From Eledone cirrhosa (Eukaryota), in NCBI GenBank assembly GCA_964016885.1, contig OZ024743.1:120528001-120592000 (forward strand): 64,000 bases of DNA, in the 5' to 3' direction. The notes beneath the pieces are model-generated. The model was not told the origin of the DNA and made no database searches. It was given only the letters and a program-made list of their open reading frames with translations. The position numbers were made by a program, and so were the translations under genes. This document shows, piece after piece, positions 1 through 11,609 of the stretch (its first letter is position 1; each line of letters opens with the position of its first letter).

Positions 1-329
1 CCAGTAATCGAACTCATAAAAAAGGGATACTTTTGTTTACAAATGTATGTATATGCATGTATGTATGCATTTATGTATGTATGTATGTATGTATGTATGT
101 TTTCTCTTTCTCTTAATTTCGAGTATATTTTTTTGACCGGCCACCTTCCTGGTGGCAAGGTTGTAAAAGAAAAGAAATTGTCATCCCTTGAATGTATGTA
201 TGTATGTATGTATGTATGTATGTATGTATGTATGTATGTATGTATGTATGCATGTATGTATGTATATTTGTACGTTCGTATGCGTGTCTATGATTATTCT
301 TAAATAATGTTTCTATGTGTGGATGTGTG

Positions 330-1560
330 ATTTGGAGGATGCGGGACAGTTTACTTTCTTTTTCTTAGAAAATTCCAACGTTTGCAAGCTTTTTTAAAAA
401 ACCTGCTATAGGGCTCCCTTTATACAAATATATTGTCAGGATATAAACTTGGATAGAAGAGTTGTAAGATCTGGATTAGATTACCATAGATGTTTTCTTA
501 TTCCTCAATCTTAGTCGATACATTCACATCCATTGGAAAACTGACCCCGACAAATGTGTATGACCTTTGTTTCCTGTTTCACCGAACCATATCTGGTCTA
601 TTTTGTTTGCACCGGATTGCTGTTTTGTTAATGTTCTACCAGCAGTCTTTATTTTTAAAGCCATCAATATACTCTTGTTATGGTGGGCTTTTGGCATAAC
701 CGCCAGGGCAATCTTTCCTGCAGATAATATTGCAAATAATGTTCGCAACCATGGAGAGAAAGTACCCTGCAGATATTTTTGGAGAGTTGCTGATGATTTG
801 GGTGATATCTTCCACACTGGTTTGACAAAATCGACATTTTATATTACACTTTAGGGATTTGGAGACGAAACTGTTTTTCTAATTGATCAGCAATTTTGTA
901 GCTAACTGCTCTTCTTGGATAGAGAAAGCGTGTCCTTCCAGGTTGGATGTGATGTATTTATTATAGGTCTAGGAAAGGATAGTCTTTCTGTCAATATTGT
1001 TGGTTACCTCTGGCTTGCAGGTTGTTTGCAATACCGACGATGCATATGATTCACTCGAATTTCCATAATATTCCAGCAGATATTGTTTGTGTGATACAAT
1101 GTGACATACAAAAAGCGTTTGAACAGATCTTATGCTTCTACTTTCATCCCTGTTTTAATATAGATCGTGTCTGTTAGTGGCACTATCAATGTAGAACTAA
1201 CCAGTGAGTCTTGATATCGAAACTGCGGATCTTATCACGTATCCAGTTTAATATCTCATGTGTTGGTATTATATCTGGAATTGGAAGAGTATTATGGGCA
1301 CTGGTTTTGTTGAATATTGACACATCTGACGGTCATTCAATTCGAAGTCTAATGAGATATTTATTGGTAAATCTAGCACCACTCATAAACATTCTCACCA
1401 TTGATATTTATATTGTCTTTCTGGTCGATGATTTCTCCCCGGTTGACTGCCAAATATGAGCACTTGTCTTAATTAAACTCCTTCACTATATGTCATGAGG
1501 ATACTGCGATCTTGATCTGTCGCTTGATGCTTTGAGTATTACCCGAATAAAGTCTTTGAT
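330..1560 (-). mobile_element. Degraded R4/Dong-like (restriction-like endonuclease) non-LTR retrotransposon, 3' part
   Basis: Frameshifted minus-strand peptides 'LEGHAFSIQEEQLATK' and 'NRPDMV...FVGVSFPMDVNVSTKIEE*ENIYGNL' resemble the R4-clade post-RT region and PD-(D/E)xK endonuclease. Many stops; boundaries approximate. Confidence 0.55.
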
Positions 1561-1609
1561 TGTTTACAACACGTATCCGTAAACACAAACACAAACACAA
1601 ACACAGACC

Positions 1610-1675
<66 letters not shown>

Positions 1676-2067
1676 GCGTACACCCAAACATATTAACACA
1701 TATATACTTAAATGCTTCACAAAATAGATACGTATGCACATACATGCATACATATATGAACACACATACATATATAAACACACACATATACATACGTAAA
1801 CACAAATGCACAATACACATATACGCACAAACATACATGCATACATATGTACGTACATATGTATTTAGATTAATACATGCATAAATACATACATGTATAT
1901 ATGTTTATAAGCATGTACGCATACATTCTTACGTTTTAGCTAAAGACAATTGGTACAGAAACTTCAATATGTACGTTGTATCAATGTATGTATTCAGTGC
2001 TGGGTATCCTCACAACTACCATCTGTTGAAATTATGTTCACCATGTTCACTAATATACATACATACA

Positions 2068-2478
2068 TGCATGATGGCTGCCAACTCGTTTTCGAGTACG
2101 GCCACTACTTTATATCCATGTAGGAGAACCCCTACCGATGCGCTAAACAAGTGACTATTTAGTCCAGCCAGCGACTTGAAAACTCTGGTACTAACACTAC
2201 ACTTGTGACAATTATTGACACATAGTGCTGGACCCATGGTACCATGTGACGACAAGTACAGAGAGATCTCCAGATATAAAGCAATGCCTGTGCCGTGAAG
2301 CTTTTATAGTGAGCAAAGGCACTGCACAAAGCCAGTCCCACTCTCTTAACCAAGATGATATTTACCAAAAAGAACAAGTCAACATCATTGGATACCATCA
2401 TGTTTGCAGGTGTTATATAAGAGTTTTCCTTCTCCTAGAATTTTGCCTTGACAAAGGCTAAGGGTTCATCTCTCCCGG
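2068..2478 (-). mobile_element. Non-autonomous RTE-related repeat, 3' part (family of 40358-40962)
   Basis: Close reverse complement of 40553-40960. Carries the 'ctaggagaaggaaaactc' RTE 5'UTR-like motif and the 'ggcagccatcatg(tatg)n' tail. Confidence 0.7.
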
Positions 2479-2659
2479 TGATACATACATGCATACATGC
2501 ATACATACATACATATGTACAATCGTACATACATACTTCCATACAAACATAAAAATCCTACATACTTAGATGCTTAGTTACATAAACAGATCCGTATGAA
2601 CATACATATGCATACAAGCACGCAAATACATGCTTCTATGCCTACATACACACACATAA

Positions 2660-2704
<45 letters not shown>

Positions 2705-2706
<2 letters not shown>

Positions 2707-2907
2707 GGAACGAGGAGGACCCCGACGGCAGAGCTCAAGCCGTTTCGACGGCTAAATCTGGACTAATTCAGTCCAGAATTAGCCGTCGAAACGTTCTTGA
2801 GCTCTGCCGTCGGGGTCCTACTCGTTCCTATTACCCACTCTACTACCCTAAGTATTGAGTACTTTGGTGCGTTATGGTCCACCTGGTTCCTTACCACATT
2901 TCTATCG

Positions 2908-2910
<3 letters not shown>
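2705..2910 (+). mobile_element. PLE-derived palindromic mini-element, family A (inverted arm + arm + tail) in (TA)n
   Basis: Arms 2705-2764 and 2770-2830 are inverted copies matching the 3' end of the PLE at 6836-6895. Tail 2831-2910 recurs at 47855, 50622 and 60687. Confidence 0.85.
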
Positions 2911-2972
<62 letters not shown>

Positions 2973-3223
2973 CGAACTCATAAATTCATAAATTCATATT
3001 TCCATACATACACTCAGAGATCGTATGGATTTGAACGGCAACTATAAATTTTTTTCCAGCCGATAGAAGTCTTCCTCTATATCAGTGACTGTTAGCATTT
3101 CCTCGAGCCTTTAATGTATTTTGCCAATAATCAACTTTTATGCAAAACTATGAATTTATTACTTAAATTTATAACATATGTCACTGCCGAACCGTTATCT
3201 TTAAGACAGCATATTAGCGGTAG

Positions 3224-3260
<37 letters not shown>

Positions 3261-3261
<1 letters not shown>

Positions 3262-3565
3262 AACGAATAGATAAATAAATAGGTTTAAAACATTATTTAA
3301 TTGATTTACACGTATTTTATTTAAATACAGAAGGAATTAGCATTTTATTCCTTTGTATTGAAATCTTCCGAAACATTAAATAATACAAAAAAGATATTTT
3401 TTTAATATTATTTAATGATTTTGAAAATTTCAATAAAGTTTAGCCCTAATACATTTATCAGAGAATTGGTATATGGGAATAAAATGCTAATTTCTTCTGT
3501 ATTTGCATGAAACGCGTGTAAATCAATTAAATAATCTATTAAACCTTATTTATTTATTCATTTTA
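3261..3565. repeat. Degenerate fold-back (MITE-like) element
   Basis: Imperfect inverted arms ~3261-3350 and ~3476-3565, plus an internal hairpin; adjacent to (TA)n. Confidence 0.55.
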
Positions 3566-3724
3566 TATACATACTGTAATGTTTTAAAACTACTGTGATT
3601 GGAAATTTACAAATTGGATTAAACTCTGAATTGTCTTTTACCAATCTTACCGTGGAAAATAAAATCACATTCGAGCTTTGAATATATATCTCTGCTTTAT
3701 ATAGTTGTGTAATCAACTCTCATC

Positions 3725-3783
<59 letters not shown>

Positions 3784-3880
3784 TCTCTCTCTCCCTCCGT
3801 CTCTCTCTCTGTATAAACACACACACACACATATATATGTATATATGTATATATATATGTATATGTATAGAATAAGGAAT

Positions 3881-4067
3881 AATTGTTTCTACTTTAGGCA
3901 CAAGGCCAGCAATTACCCAGTGCATTACTGGTACTTTATTTTATCGACCCCGTAAGGATGAAAGGCAAAGTCAACCTCGGCGGGATTTGAACTCAGATCG
4001 TAAAGGGACGTAACTATGCTGGAAAGCATGGCGTCCGACCCTCTACCGATACTGCCAATCCACCGCC
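3881..4067 (-). mobile_element. Full-length tRNA-derived SINE with Nin/Deu-like central domain
   Basis: Minus strand has A-box TGGCAGTATCGG, B-box GAGTTCAAATCC and core 'gactttgcctttcatccttacggggtcgataaaataaagtaccag'. 16-bp TSD tagaataaggaataat at 3868-3883 and 4070-4085. Confidence 0.9.
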
Positions 4068-4167
4068 TTTAGAATAAGGAATAATGTTATTCTAACTGGA
4101 AAATGCACGTTGAGTCCTCGAATTGAATTACATCCATGTTTTACAGTATGTATATGTATGTGTATGA

Positions 4168-4218
<51 letters not shown>

Positions 4219-4220
<2 letters not shown>

Positions 4221-4885
4221 TAGAATTGGTGCTCTGAAATAGTGATGTATATATGAATGTATATATAGTGTATATAGTGTATTTGGTAATACACTGCATG
4301 CTTAATTAAAAGCATTTTGAAGACCTTACGCTATTGTTTTAAAGTAGTGACGATGTCACTTACTTCTTTTTTCAACAAACAAAGGGAGATAAGCTGAACA
4401 CATCTCTGTTTCTTACTGTTGGCATTGCTCAGAGCTTAGCACTCCCCTTGTCTGTTGAAAATTATAGATGTTGGATTCTTATAGAATTCCAGTAATAATC
4501 AGGAACTGATTATACAGAGTGGTTGCCGGTCCAGCAAAAATTGAAAATTAAAATTGGTGCTCTGAAATAGCGATGTATATATGAATGTATATATAGTGTA
4601 TTTGGTAATACACTGTATGCTTATTTAAAAGCATTTTGAAGACCTTACGCTATTGTTTTAAAGTAGTGACTATGTCACTTCTTTTTTCAACAAACAAGTA
4701 TATACCAACAAACAAGAATATAGCAACAGTATGAAACAGAGATCTGTCAGCTTATCTCACTATGTTTGTTGAAAAAAGAAGTAAGTGACATATTCACTAC
4801 TTTAAAACAATAGCGTAAGGTCTTCAAAATGCTTTTAATTAAGCATACAGTGTATTACCAAATACACTATATATACATTCATATA
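4219..4885 (-). mobile_element. ORF-less HHR-bearing partial-tandem plus inverted element (retrozyme/pLTR-like)
   Basis: Direct repeats ~4224-4382 and ~4553-4697, inverted copy ~4720-4885, HHR-like fold at 4392-4507; flanked by TA repeats. Confidence 0.7.
4392..4507 (-). ncRNA. Degenerate type I hammerhead ribozyme with enlarged stem II
   Basis: agttc-CTGATTA-ttactg...cagtaa-GAAAC-agagatgt-GTTC-agct. The inverted copy at ~4727-4753 keeps GAAACAGAGATCTGTC-agct. Confidence 0.55.
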
Positions 4886-5067
4886 TATATATATTATGAA
4901 GAGAGAAGAAACATTTAGATATAATTAGTAATAAAATGTATCATACCTAAACTGCTCCTAGATTCCTCGACTACGTAGTTTCGTGGCATAAACAAAAACA
5001 ATACATCATAAAGATCTAGAGTCCTTGCGAGGTCTGCCGACTTATCAAGAGGATACCTGTGTGTTTC

Positions 5068-5112
<45 letters not shown>

Positions 5113-5294
5113 GCTGGCAAGGCTATGTGATTGATCTGGGTTCAGTCCTCCTTCGAATAAATTGGGCAAGTATTTTCTGCTAAAGCCTTGGGGGAAAAAT
5201 TTGAAAGACGGAATGTACAGATGCACACAGACACACACAAATATAACATCATATCAAAAAGTTACTACCTTCTGATATTTCCTCCCAGAGTGAC

Positions 5295-5870
5295 AGATCA
5301 TGTTTGAAGTGATCCCCAATTGAATCCATGCATTCTTTTACGAATACTGTGGAGTTAAGCATAATGTCTTTACAAACAGACCTAGGGATGGCTCTCATCT
5401 GCTCTTTGATGTGTTCCTTTAGTTCTGTGTTGGTCCTGGGTTAGTTGACATATATCCTACCCTTCAAATAGCCCCAAAGAAAGAAATCTGGGTGGCTTAA
5501 ATCAGAGCTGTGTGTGACCCTCTCAAAATCAGTCTTCAAACTGATCATACGCTTTCCAAAGTCCTTGTTGAGGGTTTGTTGGAAACAACAAATGTTCGAA
5601 ATGGGTACATGATCTATAGCTCCGCTTTGAAGTCTTCCGGGTGGTCCACATAGCGTTACTTTGTGACGACAGCAGTGAAATTATTTTATTCGGTACATTT
5701 AGCCGAGTCGTAAGGTTTCACAGCCTCATCAGCGACTTTCTATGACAACCAGAACACATTTTTCTGTGAGTAGATCGTCTGCACTAAGTGGAACTGGACT
5801 TCATCAGAGGTCCAGAGCAGATTCACAAAATTGTGGTTCATAAAGCAACTCAGTTTCGACTGTTTATGTA
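5295..5870 (-). mobile_element. Tc1/mariner-superfamily transposase remnant
   Basis: Minus-strand 'SSDLSHPDFFLWGYLKGRIYVN*PRTNTELKEHIKEQM' matches the C-terminal SPDLxPxDFFLWGYLK motif; stops present. Confidence 0.7.
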
Positions 5871-5892
5871 TTTTGGACGTTTGCGATTCAGG

Positions 5893-5982
<90 letters not shown>

Positions 5983-5987
<5 letters not shown>

Positions 5988-6180
5988 TTTATAGAAGGAA
6001 CTTCTACAGGACTAGTACTGTTTCATTCAGATGAAATCTTCAGAGCTTCCTGAAGATTTCATCTGAATGAAACAGTACTAGTCCTGTAGAAGTTCCTTCT
6101 ATAAAATAAAAAAAATTTACTCTGCCATGTATTGAGTACCTTACTTACTGTGGTTATCCCCGACTCAACCCGGGACCTAC

Positions 6181-6181
<1 letters not shown>
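5983..6181 (+). mobile_element. PLE-type palindromic mini-element, family B, with hammerhead ribozyme
   Basis: Perfect inverted arms 5983-6043 and 6050-6110, tail 6111-6181, in (TA)n. Near-identical reversed copy at 42707-42905. Confidence 0.85.
6044..6094 (+). ncRNA. Type I hammerhead ribozyme (family B)
   Basis: agcttc-CTGAAGA-t-ttc-atct-gaa-t-GAA-ACAG-tactagtc-CTGT-A|gaagtt: all three stems and a GUA cleavage triplet. Confidence 0.8.
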
Positions 6182-6252
<71 letters not shown>

Positions 6253-6457
6253 ATGATGCATATATATGTATATAATGTTCTATAAGCAAAAGAAAATACA
6301 ACAAAAAACAAACGAAACAAAAAAATCCACAGTCTACTCACTCATTTTCTTTACTTTCATGGAGTACCTTTTTACTTGGATCACTTTAATTCGTCGAGTT
6401 TCTTGACTTTCGTCTACATAATTGGACTACTGCCTTGGATTACGTTGGATATTTCAT

Positions 6458-6505
<48 letters not shown>

Positions 6506-6508
6506 ATG

Positions 6509-6569
<61 letters not shown>

Positions 6570-6684
6570 AAAACTATCCACGACACAGAGTACTCACAAC
6601 CTCTAACTGGATTACTTATAACGATAACTTGTTATCCCATATATATATATATATATAAATATATATATATACACACATACATAC

Positions 6685-6839
<155 letters not shown>

Positions 6840-6849
6840 AACCAGTAAG

Positions 6850-6943
6850 ACCCCGACAGCTGAGCTCAAGCCGTTTCGACGGCTAATTCTGGACTAAATG
6901 AACATTTATCCTGGTATTTAAATAGCCGATCTTCTCAAGGGGT
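6850..6943 (-). ncRNA. Type I hammerhead ribozyme, U3-A8 core variant, in PLE 3' UTR
   Basis: acccc-TTGAGAA-ga(t)cggcta...tagccgtc-GAA-ACGGCT-tgagctc-AGCTGT-C|ggggt. Confidence 0.75.
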
Positions 6944-7307
6944 AATTCCATATATGGTCAAAGTGATTGTCAAAAATCAGTAGTAATTCTGTGGTTGCAA
7001 ATTAGTAGGGGAGATGGTGGCTAAACCTGCCAGTAGGAGAAAGAGGGGAGGGGTGGAGTAGACCCAATCAAGCGTTGGTAGTGCCAGCTACAGCTGGGCA
7101 TGAGGTCAAAGAAGATACAGGGGAGGGTGAGGGGGAGGAAGTCGGAACGGTAGGTAGAACAATGGGGGGTAGAAATAGGAAAGAAAAAATACTGAGAGTG
7201 AAGAAAAGCAAATAAGTGTAAAGAAAAAAGTAAAGTAAATTAAATTCTACGACCTAGGTGTCAGGCTATTGTTAGGCGAGAATAAAATAAAGAAAGAAAG
7301 AAAGAAG

Positions 7308-7342
<35 letters not shown>

Positions 7343-8045
7343 GGAAATAAGTAAAAGAACTAGGTGGGACGAATTAGGCAAGGACCCTTTTAAGAGGTAT
7401 AAGTACGTAAATGATACGGTGACTGGTCAACAAAAGGGGCCAAAATACTAAAGAGACTACCACGAAATAAACAATAAAGGTTTCCATCCCGGGCCAGCAA
7501 CGACCCAGTGCAGCAAAGTGAACTTGTACGAGATAATAATTCTGAGTCCCGAGAAAAATATATACTAATGCTAACTCTAAAAGATCTAAAACAAGCTACA
7601 TGAAAGTTCGTACGAAATAAAGGTAGAATACGGAGAAATAAATTCAGAATCCACCCCGCCCAGAAGAAAAGCGAAGCAAGAAATACTGAAACGAAAAAAT
7701 AAGGCATAAGTGCCACTAAGAAATATAGAGGGCACAGAGAATAGTGGGAGCGGTCGGAAAAAGGGGGCAAGTATCCGGGGTCTAAGCCAACTGCTATAAA
7801 GGGCGGAGTCTGCCAAATCTATCAAAGACTAGGGGAGGGGGGAGTGGGGGTACTAAGGCTACATGGGGCCAAAGGGCAGCCTCGGGTGGGCGAGAAAAGA
7901 CGCCGACAAAGGAGAAGAGCTGGGGTAGAAGGACAAAGGAGAGAGGGGGGAAGGAAATAAAGGAAGCGATAAAAGAATACAAAGAAGATCTTACGTCTTC
8001 CTTGGCAAGCAGGGGTTACCCATTGCAAAATCGGCAACTGGGGTG

Positions 8046-10068
8046 TTATAGCCCTAGTCTACCCCCCGGGTCATTATGGGGTTTGAGGGCGAGGTAAGTC
8101 CTACGCAATCTATGTTTACATGCAGTAACCAGTTCATCTTTCTTGTTTAGGAGTTGGTCCGTCGAAAACAGCATTTGTAAAGTTTCCTCCGAGCATAAAT
8201 TGCACGGACGGCGTCCTCCCGTGTAAGAATTGGCTCTGGACAGTAATCTCCAAGTGAGATCATAGGTGATGTTGTTGTCCTTGAGGTCCCATATGTGGCC
8301 CGAAAGTGTAGTGGCGTGACGCCGGGCCGGGTTTCGGAAGGTATGTCTATGTTGGTATAGCCGGGTCTTGAAGTCACATGCGGTAAGTCCTATATAGGCT
8401 TTGTTGGAGGTATCCGTCCTCACGTTGCACTGGTAGATCACATTACGGTCTCTGCATCTATTGTCGAGTGGGCAAATAGATCTATCCGGGCAGTTACACC
8501 TCCTGGTCGGTTCTCCACTGCTATTTAGGTTATTTCTGCCATCGGGGTTGAGTTTTTTGTTGTTAGAGGAGACGATGTTTTGTGCGAAGTTTGGTGTAGT
8601 GCTGTAAGAGAGTTTGATGGTATTTTTGTTAATTATGTTGTGGTAGCGGTGTTGTAATGGGAAGTGTTTTTCAATGAGCCTAAAGAATAGTTTCCCGATG
8701 GGAGTAGTCACCTCTGCGTTGTGGGGAGGATTGAACCATGTTACATTGCGTGAGCGGCGGTGTCTCCTGCTGGTTCCGCTAATGGGATCTGGACAGTAGG
8801 ATATTTCCTCCCGGAAACCACTCCGCTTGAGGGCCTGGTTGTAATAAGGCGCATGTTCATCGAATATCCGCTCATTAGCTGACAAACGGGATATGCGGAG
8901 GGAGATGTTTTTGATGTTCCTAGGATGGTTTGATCGGCGGTGGATGTAGTGCAGATTGTCATTAGGTTTCCTGTATGGGTAGTACAGGTCGTTTTCGAGG
9001 TCGAGGGTTACGTCCAGGAAGTTTACTCGGGTCAGGGACGTTTGTAGGGTTATTTTAAATCCCCAGTCGCGGAAGAATCTGATTAATTGTTTCCGGACCC
9101 GATCTGTACTACTGGGGTTGTACCCTTTAAGGGTAAGGAGCCCACCATCACGGTACAATCCACCACCGAATGCAGGAAACATATCAGTGAGTTTGGCTAT
9201 TAGGAATAATCCTATAAGATCAGTGACCTCCGCCGAATCCGTGGCGCCCATGCTGACGTCGAAGGGTGAGTCGGGAGCTCTTTTTATCCATTTAGAGTCG
9301 TCAAAGAGTAAGACTGTCTTCCTGGCGTGGAGGATGATTTTTCTTTCCTGGTCGGTGATGGGCACGAGTGTTTCGGCGAAGTCCAAGGCGGCAGTAAGTA
9401 GCGGTAAGGTGATTGAAGCATAGTAGCTCTCTATGTCGAACTGTATGAATTTAGTTTCTCGTTTATCCTCCATATTGCTGAACCAGGAGATTACTTCCTG
9501 GGTGTTGATCCATAGGCTAAGTCGGGTGTGTTGCTTGACTTTTGGTATCACGCGGTCTAGGATTTTTTTGCTGATTCTCCCTATGTCGGAATTCGTTGGG
9601 TTAATAAGCCTGATGGAGGGTTTACGGTCAAAATCGGATTTATGGTCCTTCAGTGTGAAGTATGGTGTCCGTGGGTCTAGAGGTTCCGTGCGGTCGGCGA
9701 CCCCGAGGCTGGAGGTGATTTGTTGTCCATCTCGATTTATGTCCTCGATGCAAGAGTGGTTGGCCTTTTTATAGGTGGAGTTTAGGCTGCTCCTGATCAG
9801 TGTGTGGTATCTGTCAGGGTTGACAAAGTATAGGTTCCCAGTTTTATCCGAATGCACCATGATGTCATTTGTGTTATCATACTCTGTTAAGTTGCTACGG
9901 AGTTTTTGTAGGAATCGGTTGTGTCTGGGTTTAAATTTAATGTTCTTGACCAGTTGGAAGAGGTCATTCTCGAAGGGTGCGAGCAAGGGGTTCAGGGGCG
10001 GAGATTTGTAGGTAATAAATCCGAATCTCTCCTTGGTGCCGAAGTCTTGGTTGTCGCAATATCTGTCA
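8046..10068 (-). pseudogene. PLE polyprotein: reverse transcriptase + Cys-rich linker + GIY-YIG endonuclease (5'-truncated, YRDD changed to YRDG)
   Basis: Motifs [56 protein letters not shown]. The N-terminal ~93 aa of the listed 766-aa ORF is microsatellite and flanking DNA. Confidence 0.9.
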
Positions 10069-10211
10069 TAGAAATTGGTAACTATAAATGTTGTGTTTGT
10101 ATAGGCGTATAAGTGCTCGCACGTATATACATATATAAGTATATGATATATGATATATATGTGTGATTGTATAAATATACACATATATGCATATATATAT
10201 ACATATATATG

Positions 10212-10295
<84 letters not shown>

Positions 10296-10437
10296 CATAC
10301 ATACATACCTACATACATACATACATACATACATGCATACATACATATATGAATGAAACTGTTCCTTTCATGTCCCGTAAAATGTATTTATATGTGCATG
10401 GGTGTGTGTGTGTGTTTGAGTGTGAGTGTGTATGTGT

Positions 10438-10487
<50 letters not shown>

Positions 10488-11124
10488 AGACATGTATATA
10501 CATATATATGCTTACATATATTTATATATATTTATATATATTTATATATATTTATATATATATACACACATATATATATACATATATATATGAAAAACAA
10601 GGGGAGAAGAATACTGCATGGTTGCACATGGATTACATATTATAAAATTAGTCCCTCATCAGTGATTTGCCAACCATCATTGGTATTTCATCGCATTAAT
10701 ATTTACATATGATGCCATCCCCCACCGAGTACCTAGTGTTAGCTTCCAGTTCTTTGATCAACTGAAAGACAGACTCGTTGAATTAGCGAGCAAAGCGACT
10801 GAATATTCCACAGACACGTGAACTCTTAATGTAATTTTCCTGATCTCTGTTGTTAAAAGTATGAATTAATGAACCTGACCTTGAACTGAAACCGCGGAGA
10901 GCCTCAACGAATATTTTGTCTGAATTGGTAGACTGATATGTTAAATGTTATTCTTGTTTGAAATATTTCTTAATCTTAACTCATTCAGGTTGATTAAATA
11001 TGTAAACCGCATTCATTATTGTGCCTATGTTATAAGATTAACTATAAAATACATGCAGCCCAAAACACATCATTACATCTCAACCAATCTCACTAAACAT
11101 ACATACATGTATACATACATGTCT

Positions 11125-11222
<98 letters not shown>

Positions 11223-11366
11223 ACACACACACACTCACACTCAAACACACACACACACACCCATGCACATATAAATACATTTTACGGGACATGAAAGGAA
11301 CAGTTTCATTCATATATGTATGTATGCATGTATGTATGTATGTATGTATGTAGGTATGTATGTATG

Positions 11367-11464
<98 letters not shown>

Positions 11465-11609
11465 AGCATATATATGTATATATATATGAATATATGTGTA
11501 TATTTATACAATCACACATATATATCATATATCATATACTTATATATGTATATACGTGCGAGCACTTATACGCCTATACAAACACAACATTTATAGTTAC
11601 CAATTTCTA
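10069..11609. repeat. Inverted duplication of flanking DNA (arms 10069-~10500 and ~11110-11609)
   Basis: Unique segments 'tagaaattggtaactataaatgttgtg...' and 'gaaactgttcctttcatgtcccgtaaaatg' are mirrored together with their microsatellites. Confidence 0.85.

Noticed and set aside
3960-4067. tRNA gene
   Set aside because: The A/B boxes belong to a multi-copy SINE head with TSDs; no complete cloverleaf.
5706-5736. Minimal HHR-like string gtcg-CTGATGA-ggctgt-GAAAC-ctta-cgac (minus)
   Set aside because: Stems II and III barely form and it lies in a transposase remnant; probably chance.
10069-10346. N-terminus of the 766-aa ORF
   Set aside because: Microsatellite and inverted flanking DNA fortuitously in frame with the truncated PLE.
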